The position numbers and the translations under genes were made by a program. Positions 62,375 to 64,000 of a stretch of DNA of 64,000 nucleotides are shown here, piece after piece. Location: NCBI GenBank assembly GCA_963734095.1, contig CAVTGK010000055.1, positions 96,900 to 160,899 of the forward strand, written 5' to 3'. This stretch comes from an uncultured Acidobacteriota bacterium (GTDB lineage Bacteria > Acidobacteriota > Vicinamibacteria > Vicinamibacterales > UBA2999). Position 1 is the stretch's first letter. Each line of letters begins with the position of its first letter. The notes beneath the pieces are model-generated. The model ran no database searches. It was not told where the DNA came from and was given only the letters and a program-made list of their open reading frames with translations.

Positions 62375-63000
62375 AGCAATGACTTTTCCAGGCACGCCGT
62401 TCTCATGTGACCACGACGAGTAGGTCCGCCGAAAAGTGAGCCACGTCGCCTTCGGCAACCCAAGTGTCTTGCACGCTGGGAAGATCGAACGACGTAACAC
62501 CGTTGTTCGGTGAGATCGACGTCCCCGCCCTGGTCGCGAACACCAGCGCATCCGAGTCGGTGCTCAAGGCGTGGCGCTTCCACTGCCCGATGAGGTCCAG
62601 TGCGAGCGCTGACAGCGGCACCCGCCTGTACACCCGCCGCTGTCTTGGGCGTGCTGAACGTCCCGTCGTACACCGCTTCGCGGACCGTGAGCGTTTGCCT
62701 GGACTCGTCGAGGTCTTTCCATCGCAAGGCGAACAGTTCGCCCCGTCGTAAGCCTGTCACGACGGCCAGACCGACCATCGTGCGCGGCAACGGCGACAGC
62801 CGCTCGAGCAGCTTCGCGGCTTGGTAACGGTCAGCGCCCACTTTGGTCGCACCGTCTTCAGCGTCGGCATCTCGACGCCACGCGTGGGGTTCTCCGAGAG
62901 GTGTCCCCACTTCACTGCGGTGCGGAGCACCGCGCTCAGCACATCAACTGTATGGTCGATGGACTTGGGCGCATACCCCCGCTGAATGAGATGGGCAACA
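62375..63000 (-). pseudogene. Truncated, multiply frameshifted tyrosine integrase
   Basis: AVKWG...NP, TGLRRGELFALRWKD, PKT..RRVPL, LVF and WLTFRRTYSSW; catalytic Tyr region and N-terminus missing. Confidence 0.82.
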
Positions 63001-63542
63001 TAGCACTACGTCCGATACATCACACGTCTGTTCCGTGAAAACAACGAGACGCTGTTCGACTACGCCGCGGCGAGTCCACCGAGCACGTGTTGAATCAGCT
63101 CGTGGACTCCGTCCTCTCGAAGGACCGCGAGTTTCAGCAATAGCGCGCCGAAAATCCCGAGTCGCAGGTGCCATCACCTGGCGCTCGCAAAGCGAACGTG
63201 ACCCGCAATTTCGATCCAGGGTCCGCAACCACTCCTTGAGCCCACCGCCCACGACTGACGAGGCAATCCGTGCGTCTGGCACTCCAATTCCGCGCACCGA
63301 TCGAATCTCGTCTTGGCTGCGGCATCAGTCGCGGCCGCCCTGCGTGCGTACCCTGCCACAATGACTTCCTGGTGTTGCTGTAAATGCGAAAGCCAGATTC
63401 GTGGCCCCGCGATCGAGTGTCGCATGATCGCGTTGCCGACGCTCTTTTGATCCATAGACCGACATACGACTTAGGGCGTTGCGCCTTCGCCGCTAGCAGT
63501 CATTGATATTGGCGGCGCAATACCGCTCTCACGCGCGTGTAC

Positions 63543-63920
63543 TTAGAGCATTGCCTTCGCGGAACCGCCACGAGTCGCCGAGCGCGTGACGTACGAAACC
63601 GCCAGCGACCCGAGCAACGCGACGGGCAGCAAGGACAAGGCCCCGTCGCCCGCCAGATAGTGCGCCACGACTGCCGCGATCCACATGAAGGTAAAGCCCG
63701 CATAGGCCCATTCCTTCAAGGTTGGCAGCCGTGGCAGGAGCAGCACGATGGCTCCGGCCAGCTTCCCGATGCCGAGCAGGACACGCAACTGCTGGGGATA
63801 TCCCACGTGCCGGAAGTTCTCGACCGCCTCGGGGGCGGTGGTCAGATAGCTGAAGCCGGCGAACAGCGTCGCGATCCCCACGAGACCTGTGGCTGCCCAG
63901 TACGCAATCTTTCGTGACAT
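63543..63920 (-). CDS. DoxX-like membrane protein
   Basis: YW..T, GYP, GIGKLAG and LKEWAYAG. Confidence 0.85.
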   Translation of the reverse strand: MSRKIAYWAATGLVGIATLFAGFSYLTTAPEAVENFRHVGYPQQLRVLLGIGKLAGAIVLLLPRLPTLKEWAYAGFTFMWIAAVVAHYLAGDGALSLLPVALLGSLAVSYVTRSATRGGSAKAML

Positions 63921-64000
63921 CTTGTCTCCTTTTTGGTGCGCGTGGGGCCCGAGCCCCACGCGCGCTCATCGCATTAGCGTCAGTTAGTCCGGCGGCTGGC

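Noticed and set aside
63000-63500. Short ORFs between the integrase remnant and the DoxX-like gene
   Set aside because: No recognisable motifs or consistent coding signal.

Overview
GC-rich bacterial chromosomal window. The gene content and repeat style suggest Acidobacteriota (Vicinamibacteria-like), which is an inference. Many single-base frameshifts break otherwise conserved genes and are most likely assembly errors. In order, the window holds: a DHS-like gene, nagA and queD/queC; a kinase-CruF-TonB receptor operon next to a Pyr4/PaxB-type terpene cyclase-like gene and an MpaB/Lcp-type oxygenase; two metal-handling operons around a DtxR/MntR regulator, sharing a palindromic operator; a hidden UGA(Sec) glutaredoxin; a cysM-JAB-(Ubl-MoeZ fusion) operon and a hybrid isc/suf operon, sharing an Rrf2-type box; futalosine (mqn) genes; a B12-riboswitch btu operon carrying a Dph6-like gene; an IS110 remnant; nadA, sodA, moeA, moaB and a GH3 gene; tRNA-Arg(ACG) followed by a decayed integrative island. 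Intergenic regions are full of REP-like palindromes and inverted 7/8/9-mer tandem arrays. Best novelty candidates are the isoprenoid-modifying cluster (8.7-16.2 kb), the MntR-controlled redox metal-uptake locus (16.3-23.3 kb), the selenoprotein glutaredoxin and the Ubl-E1 fusion. All family assignments come from motif recognition by eye; no searches were run.
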